A stretch of DNA of 64,000 nt from an uncultured Candidatus Saccharibacteria bacterium. Its GTDB lineage: Bacteria; Patescibacteriota; Minisyncoccia; Phycocordibacterales; GCA-2401445. The notes beneath the pieces are model-generated. The model was not told the origin of the DNA and did no database searches. It worked only from the letters and a program-made list of their open reading frames with translations. Shown here piece after piece: positions 19,909 to 29,203 of the stretch; the first letter of the stretch is position 1; every line of letters starts with the position of its first letter. A program made the position numbers and the translations under genes. The stretch spans positions 73,521-137,520 of the forward strand of contig CAYTAR010000002.1 in NCBI GenBank assembly GCA_964436015.1, read 5' to 3'.

Positions 19909-21426
19909 ATGCGACTGCACAAGAATTTTTTTAGTGGGAAAATAGTAAACCGAAATATATTCTTGGTGTGTATCTGTGTCGTGGTAAGTATTTTTTCCTT
20001 TAATAGGGGTATATCAGCGCAGGTTAATGATGGGAGGGCACCAACAATATCAGGTATAAATATCGCAGAGATAAATGAAACGGAGGTTCGTATACTGTGG
20101 GAAACTGACGAGGATGCTGATTCAATGATAAATTACGGTTTGAACAAACAGTACGGAATTGTACGAGATCCTATTTCCAATAGAACCGAGCATGAGTTGG
20201 TGATAGAAGAATTAGAGCCTTCAACGACGTATCATTTTCGTGTATTGTCTTCTGATGCTTCAGGAAACCAAAGTATTTCAGGAGATTTTAGATTTACCAC
20301 AAAGGGGATAGTGGATGTGGAAGATATTGAACGAGTTGAATCAACTGAGCAACGAGCGATTGTTGAACAAGCAGTTGCACAGATTGATAAAATCACCGAT
20401 ATAGAAGCACTTGATATTATTATTAATAAAGTCCAACAGGTTGCTTCGGGAATTACGGATGACTTGACCATCATAGGTATACCAACTGTTGTTCCACAGA
20501 CGACAACCGCGGTAGTTACGTGGACTACGAACCGTCCCTCAGACTCAACCGCATCTTTCGTGCCTGCAAGTCAGTATAATCCTCAAAATGCTAATCCATA
20601 TATTTTCTCTCAGAGTAGTAACGACACAAACGTAACTAATCACCGGGTGGAAATTATAGGACTTGAGCCGTTTACTGAGTACCACCTACAGGTTTCTTCT
20701 AAGGATTCTTTTGGAATTACTGGCAGAAGTGTAGATATTACATTCACCACGAAGTCAGTGTTGCCTCAGATTACAAATATAAATTTGGATAAGGTAGAAG
20801 AAACTGGCGCGACTATCACCTGGAATACGACGGTTCCGTCATCTTCCTTGATTGAGTATGAAAATTTAGAAACTGGTGAATTGCTATCTATTGGTAGTCC
20901 TAGTTTCGCAACAAGCCACTCACTCCGTCTCTCTGATTTAACGTTGGGAACGCAGTATCGAGCAGTTATTACTGCTGAAAATGCCGGAGGAGAACGGGTG
21001 AGGAGTGACCCTATTACTTTTGTTACGGTGAAAGATGAGTTGCCTCCGGTTATCTCAAAAGTAACCAATGAGTCAACAATTTTCCCTGGTTCCGAAGCAA
21101 AAATTCAGACTATCATTAGTTGGCAAACTGACGAACCTGCGGTATGTAATTTTTACTTCCACCAAGGATTGGTGCCCGGGGTTACTGCAGAGCAAAATAT
21201 TCCTCGCAAAGATGAGAATTATAAACAGGAACACGTTATTGTGGTCGTAGATTTTACCCCTTCAACCGTGTACAAATTTTGGGTAACATGTGATGATCCT
21301 TCGCAAAACAACGCTCGTTCAGAAGACTTCGTGCTTTTTACTCCACAGAAAGAGAAGAACATTATTGATATAATTCTTGAAAACTTTGAAGGAACGTTTG
21401 GTTGGGTAAAAGATATCACTGGATAA
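19909..21426 (+). CDS. Membrane-anchored protein with four FN3-like repeats
   Basis: N-terminal TM segment. Four repeats of the pattern (T/A)xVxWxTxxPxxSxxxY......HxxxIxxLEPxTxYHxxVxSxDxxGN. The ORF track starts at TTG 19888. I preferred the in-frame ATG at 19909. Confidence 0.5.
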   Translation: MRLHKNFFSGKIVNRNIFLVCICVVVSIFSFNRGISAQVNDGRAPTISGINIAEINETEVRILWETDEDADSMINYGLNKQYGIVRDPISNRTEHELVIEELEPSTTYHFRVLSSDASGNQSISGDFRFTTKGIVDVEDIERVESTEQRAIVEQAVAQIDKITDIEALDIIINKVQQVASGITDDLTIIGIPTVVPQTTTAVVTWTTNRPSDSTASFVPASQYNPQNANPYIFSQSSNDTNVTNHRVEIIGLEPFTEYHLQVSSKDSFGITGRSVDITFTTKSVLPQITNINLDKVEETGATITWNTTVPSSSLIEYENLETGELLSIGSPSFATSHSLRLSDLTLGTQYRAVITAENAGGERVRSDPITFVTVKDELPPVISKVTNESTIFPGSEAKIQTIISWQTDEPAVCNFYFHQGLVPGVTAEQNIPRKDENYKQEHVIVVVDFTPSTVYKFWVTCDDPSQNNARSEDFVLFTPQKEKNIIDIILENFEGTFGWVKDITG

Positions 21427-21427
21427 T

Positions 21428-22753
21428 ATGGCAAAACCACAAATCATCGCTCGAAACCTTGAGGTGACATACAATAAAGGTAAATCAAATGAGTTCAAAG
21501 CCTCACGGGACTTGAATGTGGAAATCTACGCTGGTGAATACATTATTTTGTTCGGTCCTTCCGGATGTGGGAAATCCACATTGTTGTATTCAATACTTGG
21601 AGCACTTCCTCCATCGAGCGGTGAGATGGTAATTAAAGGTGATGATATTTACAAGTATTCGCAAGAAGATTTAGTTAATTTTCAGAGAAATGTTATTGGT
21701 ATTATTTACCAGTCATTTAACCTCATACCTTCTATTTCAGTGCTTGATAACGTAGTACTTCCGCAGATTTTTGCGTCGATAGACAAGGTCCGTAGAGATA
21801 ACCGCGGAAGAGATTTACTTAAGCGATTCGGGGTAGATCATATTGCAAATAAGCTACCAACAAATCTGTCTGGAGGGCAGATGCAGAGAGTGGCTGTGGC
21901 AAGGTCGCTCGTGAATGATCCAGAAATACTCCTTGGTGACGAGCCGGTTGGAAACTTGGACAGTATCTCATCGGCACAAGTTATGGATACGCTTGAACAA
22001 ATCAACATAAATGATAAAAAGACTATTATTCTTGTTACTCACGATGCAAAGTATCTCCCATACGCGCATCGCGTGTACTACCTCCGTGATGGAAGAAATG
22101 AACGAGAGGTTCCTAATCCTGAGAAGAAACAGATAAAGAAAATTGAAGCAGGGAAAACTATCACCACGGAAATTGAAAAGCTTGCACGTATGTACCCTTA
22201 TTCTTCAATTGAGGAATTGCGCGTAAAAAGCTTAGCTAATTATTTGACTCAAGATATTGAATTTGATCAGTTGGTTATTCTTGAAAAAGCAATTGAGGAG
22301 GTGATTAAGGGAAGGTTAGGTGACAATCACTTTTTTACTATTTTACATAAAACAGTAGGTGAGGGTGGGGTTGGATTCAGTAAGGCACGAGCAGAAATGG
22401 TAACAAAAAAGATTTTTACTATAATGGATGAATCAAAAGACATTACTCGCTTCAGGACGACGATTGATATGGACTTGGGATACTATTACCAGACACGATT
22501 CATCGCTCGCCTAAAGAAGTACATTCTCTCTGAAGTTAAATTAAAGTTTAGTAAGGAACAAGAGAAGCGAATGGATGAGCTAATTTCTGATAGAATGACA
22601 GGGCTATTAAGGAGACATGAGTTTTTACTTATGCTTGACAAGCCGTTTAAGAAGGGTGGAATTGGGTTGAATAAAAAAGCATCAGCAATGATTTCTAGGC
22701 ACATGGAGAAACTACTGGCACAGGGTGTACAGTATATTATCGCAAAACACTAG
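21428..22753 (+). CDS. ABC transporter ATP-binding protein (MacB/LolD/FtsE-like) with ~200-aa C-terminal extension
   Basis: Walker A GPSGCGKST, ABC signature LSGGQMQRVAVARSL, and Walker B ILLGDEPVGNLD. Confidence 0.8.
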   Translation: MAKPQIIARNLEVTYNKGKSNEFKASRDLNVEIYAGEYIILFGPSGCGKSTLLYSILGALPPSSGEMVIKGDDIYKYSQEDLVNFQRNVIGIIYQSFNLIPSISVLDNVVLPQIFASIDKVRRDNRGRDLLKRFGVDHIANKLPTNLSGGQMQRVAVARSLVNDPEILLGDEPVGNLDSISSAQVMDTLEQININDKKTIILVTHDAKYLPYAHRVYYLRDGRNEREVPNPEKKQIKKIEAGKTITTEIEKLARMYPYSSIEELRVKSLANYLTQDIEFDQLVILEKAIEEVIKGRLGDNHFFTILHKTVGEGGVGFSKARAEMVTKKIFTIMDESKDITRFRTTIDMDLGYYYQTRFIARLKKYILSEVKLKFSKEQEKRMDELISDRMTGLLRRHEFLLMLDKPFKKGGIGLNKKASAMISRHMEKLLAQGVQYIIAKH

Positions 22754-22754
22754 T

Positions 22755-23963
22755 ATGCAAATAATTGACCTTGCAAAACTTTCTACTCGTATGTTCAAAA
22801 CAAACCCTGCTCGTACTTGGCTCACGATTTTAGGCATGGGTGTAGGAACTGGAGCGGTGGTGGTGTTGGTGGGTTTAGGATTTGGGTTACAAGGTATTAT
22901 GCTCGAGCAGATCGTATTCGGAGAAACACTTCTTTCACTTAACGTCTCAAGTCCTTCTTCTGATGTGGTTAAGTTGGATAAGCAAGCGATAGACGATTTT
23001 TTCACGATAGAGAATGTGATTGACGTCTCTCCTCGTTCAAGTTTTGCAGCACTTGTTACGTACGGTGACTTGACCGGAAACGTATTTTTGGAAGGCTTGA
23101 ATCCTGCATACTTGCGGTACACTGGTGTTCAGCCTGATGCGGGTGAGATTTTCACTGATGATACGCGAGAAGACGACCAAAGGAGTGTGCTTTTGGCTCA
23201 ATCAGTATTGAAATTGTTCGGAGTCGAGGTTCCTGATGAAATTGTAGGTAAGGAGGTAACGTTCAGAATTTTCCTTGAAGGAACTGATAAGACAGAGTTG
23301 CGTGAGGTAATACTGCCAAATAAATATATTGTGAAGGGAGTAACGAATGATGCAACCTCACTCTCAGCTCAAATGCTGACTGAAGAACTTGAACAATATG
23401 TCGCAGTAACTAATTATGATCGAGTTCAGGTCCGTGTTTCAAAAAGTGAGTTTCTAAATCAAGTAACTGATGCAATCATTGAAAAAGGTTTTAATGTAAC
23501 CGCGTTGTCAAAAACGGTAGAGCAGGCGACCAAGATTTTTCAAGGAGTACAGGCGGTACTTGCATCATTTGGTGGTATCGCACTTATTGTATCTGCTATC
23601 GGAATGTTCAACACTATGACCGTTACATTGCTTGAAAGAACGGGGGAGATTGGAATTATGCGAACCATCGGCGCTTCATCAATTGATATTAAGATTCTTT
23701 TCGTTTCTGAAGCGGTGATAGTAGGTTTTTTGGGTGGGGTTATGGGAATTGCGATAGGGATGGGTATAGGAATTACCTTAAATACAGGTATTAATTTTCT
23801 TGCGTCACAGTATGGAGGAGTTGCGGTGAAGATGTTCCGTTTTCCAATATGGTTTCTCATTTTCATTTCAAGTTTCTCCGGTATTGTAGGATTTATGACG
23901 GGGGTATTTCCAGCCCGTCGAGCTGCTGCGCTTAATCCGCTTGACGCTATCAGATATAAGTAA
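22755..23963 (+). CDS. ABC transporter permease, FtsX/MacB family
   Basis: An N-terminal TM segment, then an extracytoplasmic domain, then a C-terminal bundle of several TM helices with the FtsX-like layout. The ATG at 22755 sits 1 nt after the ATPase stop. The ORF track start at 22725 overlaps the ATPase. Confidence 0.65.
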   Translation: MQIIDLAKLSTRMFKTNPARTWLTILGMGVGTGAVVVLVGLGFGLQGIMLEQIVFGETLLSLNVSSPSSDVVKLDKQAIDDFFTIENVIDVSPRSSFAALVTYGDLTGNVFLEGLNPAYLRYTGVQPDAGEIFTDDTREDDQRSVLLAQSVLKLFGVEVPDEIVGKEVTFRIFLEGTDKTELREVILPNKYIVKGVTNDATSLSAQMLTEELEQYVAVTNYDRVQVRVSKSEFLNQVTDAIIEKGFNVTALSKTVEQATKIFQGVQAVLASFGGIALIVSAIGMFNTMTVTLLERTGEIGIMRTIGASSIDIKILFVSEAVIVGFLGGVMGIAIGMGIGITLNTGINFLASQYGGVAVKMFRFPIWFLIFISSFSGIVGFMTGVFPARRAAALNPLDAIRYK

Positions 23964-24052
23964 TTGTTGTACACAGGTAGTTGTGTTTTTGCAAACTAAG
24001 TCATGTATAATAGTTGAAAGGCATGAGTGTGCCGTTCAAAATCATATAACAT

Positions 24053-25897
24053 ATGTATCGTTTTACACATAATCAACGTACTGCAGGCAAAATAACAATT
24101 GTAACCATTCTTGCTGGTATTACGGTGTTTTCCTTTTTGTATTTTTTTAATCTGGATGAGCGGGCGGTAGAAATTGCTGAGGCGCAGGACAATGCAACCA
24201 CATCGGTTCGAGTACTTAATACTCCACCTGCATGGACGGTTGACGCCGAGGAATCTGTAGAGTCTTCTGTAACCAACCCAACAAACTCAGGAAGCGTGGT
24301 AACGTGGGTAGCAACCGCTACAGACTCAAATGGAGAACCATATTACCTTTTGATATGTAACGCATCTTCCACCCCTCAAGCGAATTCTGGAGCGGCGCCA
24401 AATTGTACCGGTGGTACTCAGTGGGCGGTATCTACCTCAACGCTTAGCGGTACGCAAGCAACAGTTTCAACTACCACTCTTGAGGCGTGGGCAGAAAGCA
24501 ATGCGTGGTATGCCTATGTGTGTGATGACAATATTGGAACTCCTCGATGTAATGCTGGGCACAGACAGGGAAGCGGCTCAACCGCATCACCGTTTATTGT
24601 GAACCATCGTCCAACGTTCAGTATTTTTCTAGATAATTCACCGACTCTTCCAGGGGCAACGGTAACGTGGTATTCAACCTCCACCGATTCTGATTCTGCA
24701 GGCGGTGCAGATACCCTAACTTTGCATGTCTGTAGAGAAGCTGATTTTACAGGAACTGAGTGTGGCCCCGGAGGATTTTGGGCATCAACCAGTATTTCAT
24801 ATTCACTGACAGAAGATGCATCTGCAACCACAACTATATCTGTCCCAACACAAGATGGAATTTATGAGGCGTATGGATACATTGTTGATAACCACGGGCA
24901 TGCTGCGACTGGAGGACAGCAGGGTGCTGATTCGGTGTTGATTGTAGCAAATGCAACCCCTACAGTTGGATCAGGAACAATCACCATAAATGGAAATACG
25001 GATCTTGAATTGACAATCGCTGGAGGAGAGACGACAGGCTTTACTCTCGCATTTACGGTTACTGATGCAAATAGTTGTGTTGCAAATGCATCTACCACGT
25101 ATGAGATTGCGACAACCACCGCAGACTTTTATCGATCTGGTGTCACTGCAGCAAGTTGTAATGCATCGGGAGACTATGATCCTAACAACTGTTACCCTGG
25201 CGCAGTGGGAACCGGCGTATGGAATTTAGTTTGTACGAGAGACAACACATCCTGTGGCGGTCCCAATGATACAGACACTGTATGGAACTGTACGTTCCCA
25301 CTCTGGTTCGTTGCTGACGCAACAGATTTAGATAGTTTTTATGAAGGGGAAGATTGGAGGGCGACTATTACCGCGTACGATGATAATTATGCAACAAGTA
25401 CGCCAACCGAAAGTGCTGGCGGAAGAGATGTCCTTCAACTTACTTCATTCGTTTTAAATACATCTGATATAGAGTATGGAGATCTTGAGCCGGGACAAAG
25501 TACTGGAGATCTCATTGCAACCACTACTATTGCTGCAAATGGAAATGTTGGTGTAAACCAAAATTTGTATGGAACTCACATGTGTCCAGGGTACACTGGT
25601 CCAGGGAGCTGTCCATGGCAAGTTCCTATTGCAACATCGTCAATTCATGCAGAGTATCAGAAGTATGGTACGTCAACAGCAGAGTATACGAGTTTAACCG
25701 AAGCGTTCAGTCTTTCGTCATCAACTCCAGATCTGCTTGAATTGAGATTAGTTAAGACGACAAGCACCTCATCATTTGCAACAAGTAGTATTTACTGGGG
25801 TATTCAAGTTCCTTCTACAATCACATTTGCCGGAGACTATGAGGGAGAGAACACGTTTCAGGTAGTAACTTCTGATTCTGCGTTCTGGGGTAACTAG
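24053..25897 (+). CDS. Secreted Cys-rich surface protein sharing a C-terminal domain (ends IYWGIQVP) with the giant protein
   Basis: N-terminal TM/signal segment (ITIVTILAGITVFSFLYFF). The C-terminal ~250 aa align with the C-terminus of the 5293-19848 product (..FxADxTD...EDWxAxITxxD.....IYWGIQVP). Confidence 0.5.
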   Translation: MYRFTHNQRTAGKITIVTILAGITVFSFLYFFNLDERAVEIAEAQDNATTSVRVLNTPPAWTVDAEESVESSVTNPTNSGSVVTWVATATDSNGEPYYLLICNASSTPQANSGAAPNCTGGTQWAVSTSTLSGTQATVSTTTLEAWAESNAWYAYVCDDNIGTPRCNAGHRQGSGSTASPFIVNHRPTFSIFLDNSPTLPGATVTWYSTSTDSDSAGGADTLTLHVCREADFTGTECGPGGFWASTSISYSLTEDASATTTISVPTQDGIYEAYGYIVDNHGHAATGGQQGADSVLIVANATPTVGSGTITINGNTDLELTIAGGETTGFTLAFTVTDANSCVANASTTYEIATTTADFYRSGVTAASCNASGDYDPNNCYPGAVGTGVWNLVCTRDNTSCGGPNDTDTVWNCTFPLWFVADATDLDSFYEGEDWRATITAYDDNYATSTPTESAGGRDVLQLTSFVLNTSDIEYGDLEPGQSTGDLIATTTIAANGNVGVNQNLYGTHMCPGYTGPGSCPWQVPIATSSIHAEYQKYGTSTAEYTSLTEAFSLSSSTPDLLELRLVKTTSTSSFATSSIYWGIQVPSTITFAGDYEGENTFQVVTSDSAFWGN

Positions 25898-26002
25898 TAT
25901 TTTCCCCAGTATATACACCTCTATTGTTGCGTAAAAGGATTTACGCGGTATCATAAATAGAACCAGGCATTTCGTGCATGGTTGGTTTAGGCTTGTCTGT
26001 TA

Positions 26003-26947
26003 ATGAAAAAATTTAGAACAATATCGTACTGTTTATTTTTGGCGGCGATAGTGAGCGTCCCTCTTTTTGTGCATGCTAGTTTCGGTATTACTCCTCCCTA
26101 CGTAAAAAATTCAACACTTACACGAAATTCTCAGTTTACCCAGAAAATCACCTTGGTGAGAGGAGATCCGATTGGGGATCTCAAGGCAGAGCTCATCATT
26201 GACGTTCCAGGTGCGAATGAGTGGATTACCATTGATAAAGGTACAACCTTCCTTCTCCCTAAAGGAGAACAGAAAGTGCCTATGTATGTAACAGTGAAAG
26301 TTCCAGATTCTGCTGCGTTTCAAAAGTATAAAGGCAATATTCGTATTAGAACTTCTCCCGCTGACGGGGGGAGGAGTGGCGGAGGTGCGGTTTCAATCGC
26401 ACTCGGAGCACAGGTTGATGTTGATTTTGATATTATTGATAAAAAAATATTTGACTTTAAGGTAAGAAGAATCGGACTTGATGATGTAGCAGAAGGTCAC
26501 ACGTTGGGGTGGTTGTACTTCCCAGGTAAAATTCGCTTTAAGGTGACCCTTGAAAATACAGGGAATGTTGATGTTTCGCCATCACGAGTGGTGTTTGATA
26601 TTTTTGATTTTAACGGAGAGACTTTGCTTGAAACTACGGAGAGTAAGAATAAAATTGAGAAAGTAAAACCGTTTGAGACGAAAGAGGTGATTGCAGAATT
26701 GCCTACAAAACTCACGACTGGCAGTTACCTTGTTCGTTACGCGGTATACAACAATGAGGAAATAAAACAGTCAGGAGAACTCAATCTTTCCATAGTTCCA
26801 TATGGCACGATAGCAAATTCTGGCTACGGGTTCAGTGGTTTGTCTTTGCCACATAAACTAACAATTATACTTCCTATTGGAATCGTTGCTCTGCTCGTAT
26901 TTTTAATTCTTTTGAAATCGCGAAAGCGAGGACGAAGGCGAGCGTAA
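26003..26947 (+). CDS. Hypothetical membrane-anchored extracellular protein
   Basis: Signal peptide (MKKFRTISYCLFLAAIVSVPLFVHA). A C-terminal TM segment followed by a basic tail (KSRKRGRRRA). No recognisable catalytic motifs. Confidence 0.4.
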   Translation: MKKFRTISYCLFLAAIVSVPLFVHASFGITPPYVKNSTLTRNSQFTQKITLVRGDPIGDLKAELIIDVPGANEWITIDKGTTFLLPKGEQKVPMYVTVKVPDSAAFQKYKGNIRIRTSPADGGRSGGGAVSIALGAQVDVDFDIIDKKIFDFKVRRIGLDDVAEGHTLGWLYFPGKIRFKVTLENTGNVDVSPSRVVFDIFDFNGETLLETTESKNKIEKVKPFETKEVIAELPTKLTTGSYLVRYAVYNNEEIKQSGELNLSIVPYGTIANSGYGFSGLSLPHKLTIILPIGIVALLVFLILLKSRKRGRRRA

Positions 26948-26952
26948 GTTAT

Positions 26953-28083
26953 ATGTATATTCGTGCCACACTTGCCATTGTTTGCACAGTGTTCGGGTTT
27001 CTTTTTCCGTTAGAAACGGAAGCGCTTTCAATAGGTGTGTCATCGACTACAATACGCGTCTCTATTTGCGGGGATGCGATAGTAAATGATGGAGAAGATT
27101 GTGACCCTCCTGGATCGGGGAATTATAGTACGAGTATCGCAGGGAGGGAATGTAATGCATTTTGCCAGTGGGCCCCGTACTGCGGTGATTCGGTAGTGCA
27201 GACTAGTTTTGGGGAAGAGTGTGATGATGGTAACAACGTCTCAAAAGATTTTTGTTCTGCAGAGTGTTTGGCTGAAGAGATTATTATTCCCACAGGCGGA
27301 GGAGGGGGTGGTGGAGGAGGGGCGGGTATATTTCCAGGAGGCTCTTTTATTCCGCCTTCAAACGCACAAGTAACTGTAAATGGAAAAGCGTACCCGAGCG
27401 CAAGTGTTACTATACTGAAAGATGGAGTATCAATTGGGTCGGTTACCGCAGACAGTGACGCGAACTTTCTTTTCACTGCAAGTGGAATAACACCAGGGAC
27501 GGCAACATTCGGGTTTTGGGCTCTTGATGGTAAGGGGAGGCGTTCCATTACGTACACCACAACATTTGAGGTTATTCAAAGTGCAATTACGACAGTCTCA
27601 GGTGTAAACCTGCCACCCACTCTTGAACTCGCACCACGTTCACTTAACCGCGGAGAGGAGATTGTGTTTCGTGGTACCACTATACCAGGAGCAACGGTAG
27701 TCACTGAGATAAATACTAATCCGGTAACTAAACTTGAAGCGGTGTCAGATACGTTCGGAGAATGGGAATTGCCCTACAACACACAACCTCTTCCAAATAG
27801 TGCGTATACCGCAAAGTCATCATTTCGTACGGTGGTGGGAAATTTGTTTTCAGAAAGTGGGTACAGCCAAGCTCTCTCTTTTTTTGTGGGGGTAGATGCA
27901 CAACCTGAGGCTGGACCATCTGACCTTAACGTGGATGGAAAAGTAAATATTGTTGATTTCTCTATCATGCTTTTTCACTGGGGAACTGACGGACGTGCCT
28001 CTAGTCCCTCAGCGGATATTAATGGCGATGGTAGAGTGAATTTGACCGACTTCTCTATCATGATTTTTAACTGGACTGGTTAA
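26953..28083 (+). CDS. Secreted protein with Cys-rich repeats, Gly-rich linker, Ig-like region and C-terminal type-I dockerin module
   Basis: Cys-rich repeats of the form CGDxxVxxGExCDDGN...C...C. A G9-rich linker. The C-terminus SDLNVDGKVNIVDFSIMLFHWGTDG...ADINGDGRVNLTDFSIMIFNWTG is nearly identical to the dockerin of 1379-3217. Confidence 0.55.
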   Translation: MYIRATLAIVCTVFGFLFPLETEALSIGVSSTTIRVSICGDAIVNDGEDCDPPGSGNYSTSIAGRECNAFCQWAPYCGDSVVQTSFGEECDDGNNVSKDFCSAECLAEEIIIPTGGGGGGGGGAGIFPGGSFIPPSNAQVTVNGKAYPSASVTILKDGVSIGSVTADSDANFLFTASGITPGTATFGFWALDGKGRRSITYTTTFEVIQSAITTVSGVNLPPTLELAPRSLNRGEEIVFRGTTIPGATVVTEINTNPVTKLEAVSDTFGEWELPYNTQPLPNSAYTAKSSFRTVVGNLFSESGYSQALSFFVGVDAQPEAGPSDLNVDGKVNIVDFSIMLFHWGTDGRASSPSADINGDGRVNLTDFSIMIFNWTG

Positions 28084-28140
28084 CCCTGTGCATAAAATAT
28101 TCGAAGCAAATAAATTCTGCATGGTATACTCAATACAACT

Positions 28141-29202
28141 ATGGCGGTAAAATGTAGCAGGTGTGTCAGTGCATTATTCGGAGTGGCGACTCTTGCTATT
28201 TTATTGCTACCTTCTCAGTCCCAGGCATCACTTCTCTACTTAGATCCAACAGGTGGTTCATATCAAAAAGGAAGCACGTTTGTCGTTACGGTGCGTCTTG
28301 ATCCCGAAGGGGAATGTGTTAATGCGGTGAATGCGGTAGTGACGTATCCGAAGGATGAGATTACTGTATTTGATGTATCTCAAAGTCGCTCAATTTTATC
28401 ATTATGGGTTGAACCTCCGCGTATTGACCAAGTGAATGGTCAAATACATTTTCAAGGGGGCATTCCAAATGGATATTGTGGCCGTATTGATGGTGATCCG
28501 GGTAATACTAACGTAATAGGTGAAATCATTTTTAGAAAGCAAGGAGGGTTGAGTGTCGGCGGAGGATCGGGGGTAAGCGATATACGTGTAGATTTCAATG
28601 AAGATGTGAGTGAGGTGTTGCGTAATGACGGAAGAGGAACGCCCGCAGATCTTACCTTTCAAGGCGGAGTCTATCGTATTGACCCAAACGCACCACTGAT
28701 TGATGAAAGCGCATGGTTTGATGTTCTTCGTAATGACCGCATTCCACCGGAAAGTTTTACGGTTACTTTAGCCTCAAAAAGTGATATTAAAAACGGACGA
28801 TACTTTGTGGTTTTTTCTACCACAGATAAACAGAGTGGAATAGACAGTTATGAGATAATGGAAGAGTCAAGAAATAATCCTGGAATGAATGAGTGGAAGA
28901 AAAATACTCCAGCAATTTGGGAGCGCGCATCGAGTCCGTATGTATTGAAGGACCAGACGCTGAATAGTATTATTCGGATTAAAGCTATTGATAAAGCAGG
29001 GAATGAAAGAATTTCTGTGTATGTTCCAAATGACAGTGAGCGAAGTATTCCTAAAGAACAGAGTGTAACGGGCGTGCTATATGCAGGAATTGTTGGCATT
29101 ATAGTAATTATCGGAGGAGTGCTATTTATTAGTAAGGTTCGTCGAAAGAAACTTCCACCACTTCGTGAGGAAGTAGAAGGAGACGTGCATAATCAACCAT
29201 AG
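28141..29202 (+). CDS. Membrane-anchored protein with cohesin-like N-terminal domain and C-terminal TM
   Basis: It has a signal peptide. Its N-terminal domain (GGSYQKGSTFVVTVRLDPEG..VNAVNAVVTYPKDEITVFDVSQ...GQIHFQGGIPNG) has the same pattern as the cohesin-like domains of 3709 and 29204. C-terminal TM segment GIVGIIVIIGGVLFI. Confidence 0.45.
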   Translation: MAVKCSRCVSALFGVATLAILLLPSQSQASLLYLDPTGGSYQKGSTFVVTVRLDPEGECVNAVNAVVTYPKDEITVFDVSQSRSILSLWVEPPRIDQVNGQIHFQGGIPNGYCGRIDGDPGNTNVIGEIIFRKQGGLSVGGGSGVSDIRVDFNEDVSEVLRNDGRGTPADLTFQGGVYRIDPNAPLIDESAWFDVLRNDRIPPESFTVTLASKSDIKNGRYFVVFSTTDKQSGIDSYEIMEESRNNPGMNEWKKNTPAIWERASSPYVLKDQTLNSIIRIKAIDKAGNERISVYVPNDSERSIPKEQSVTGVLYAGIVGIIVIIGGVLFISKVRRKKLPPLREEVEGDVHNQP

Positions 29203-29203
29203 T

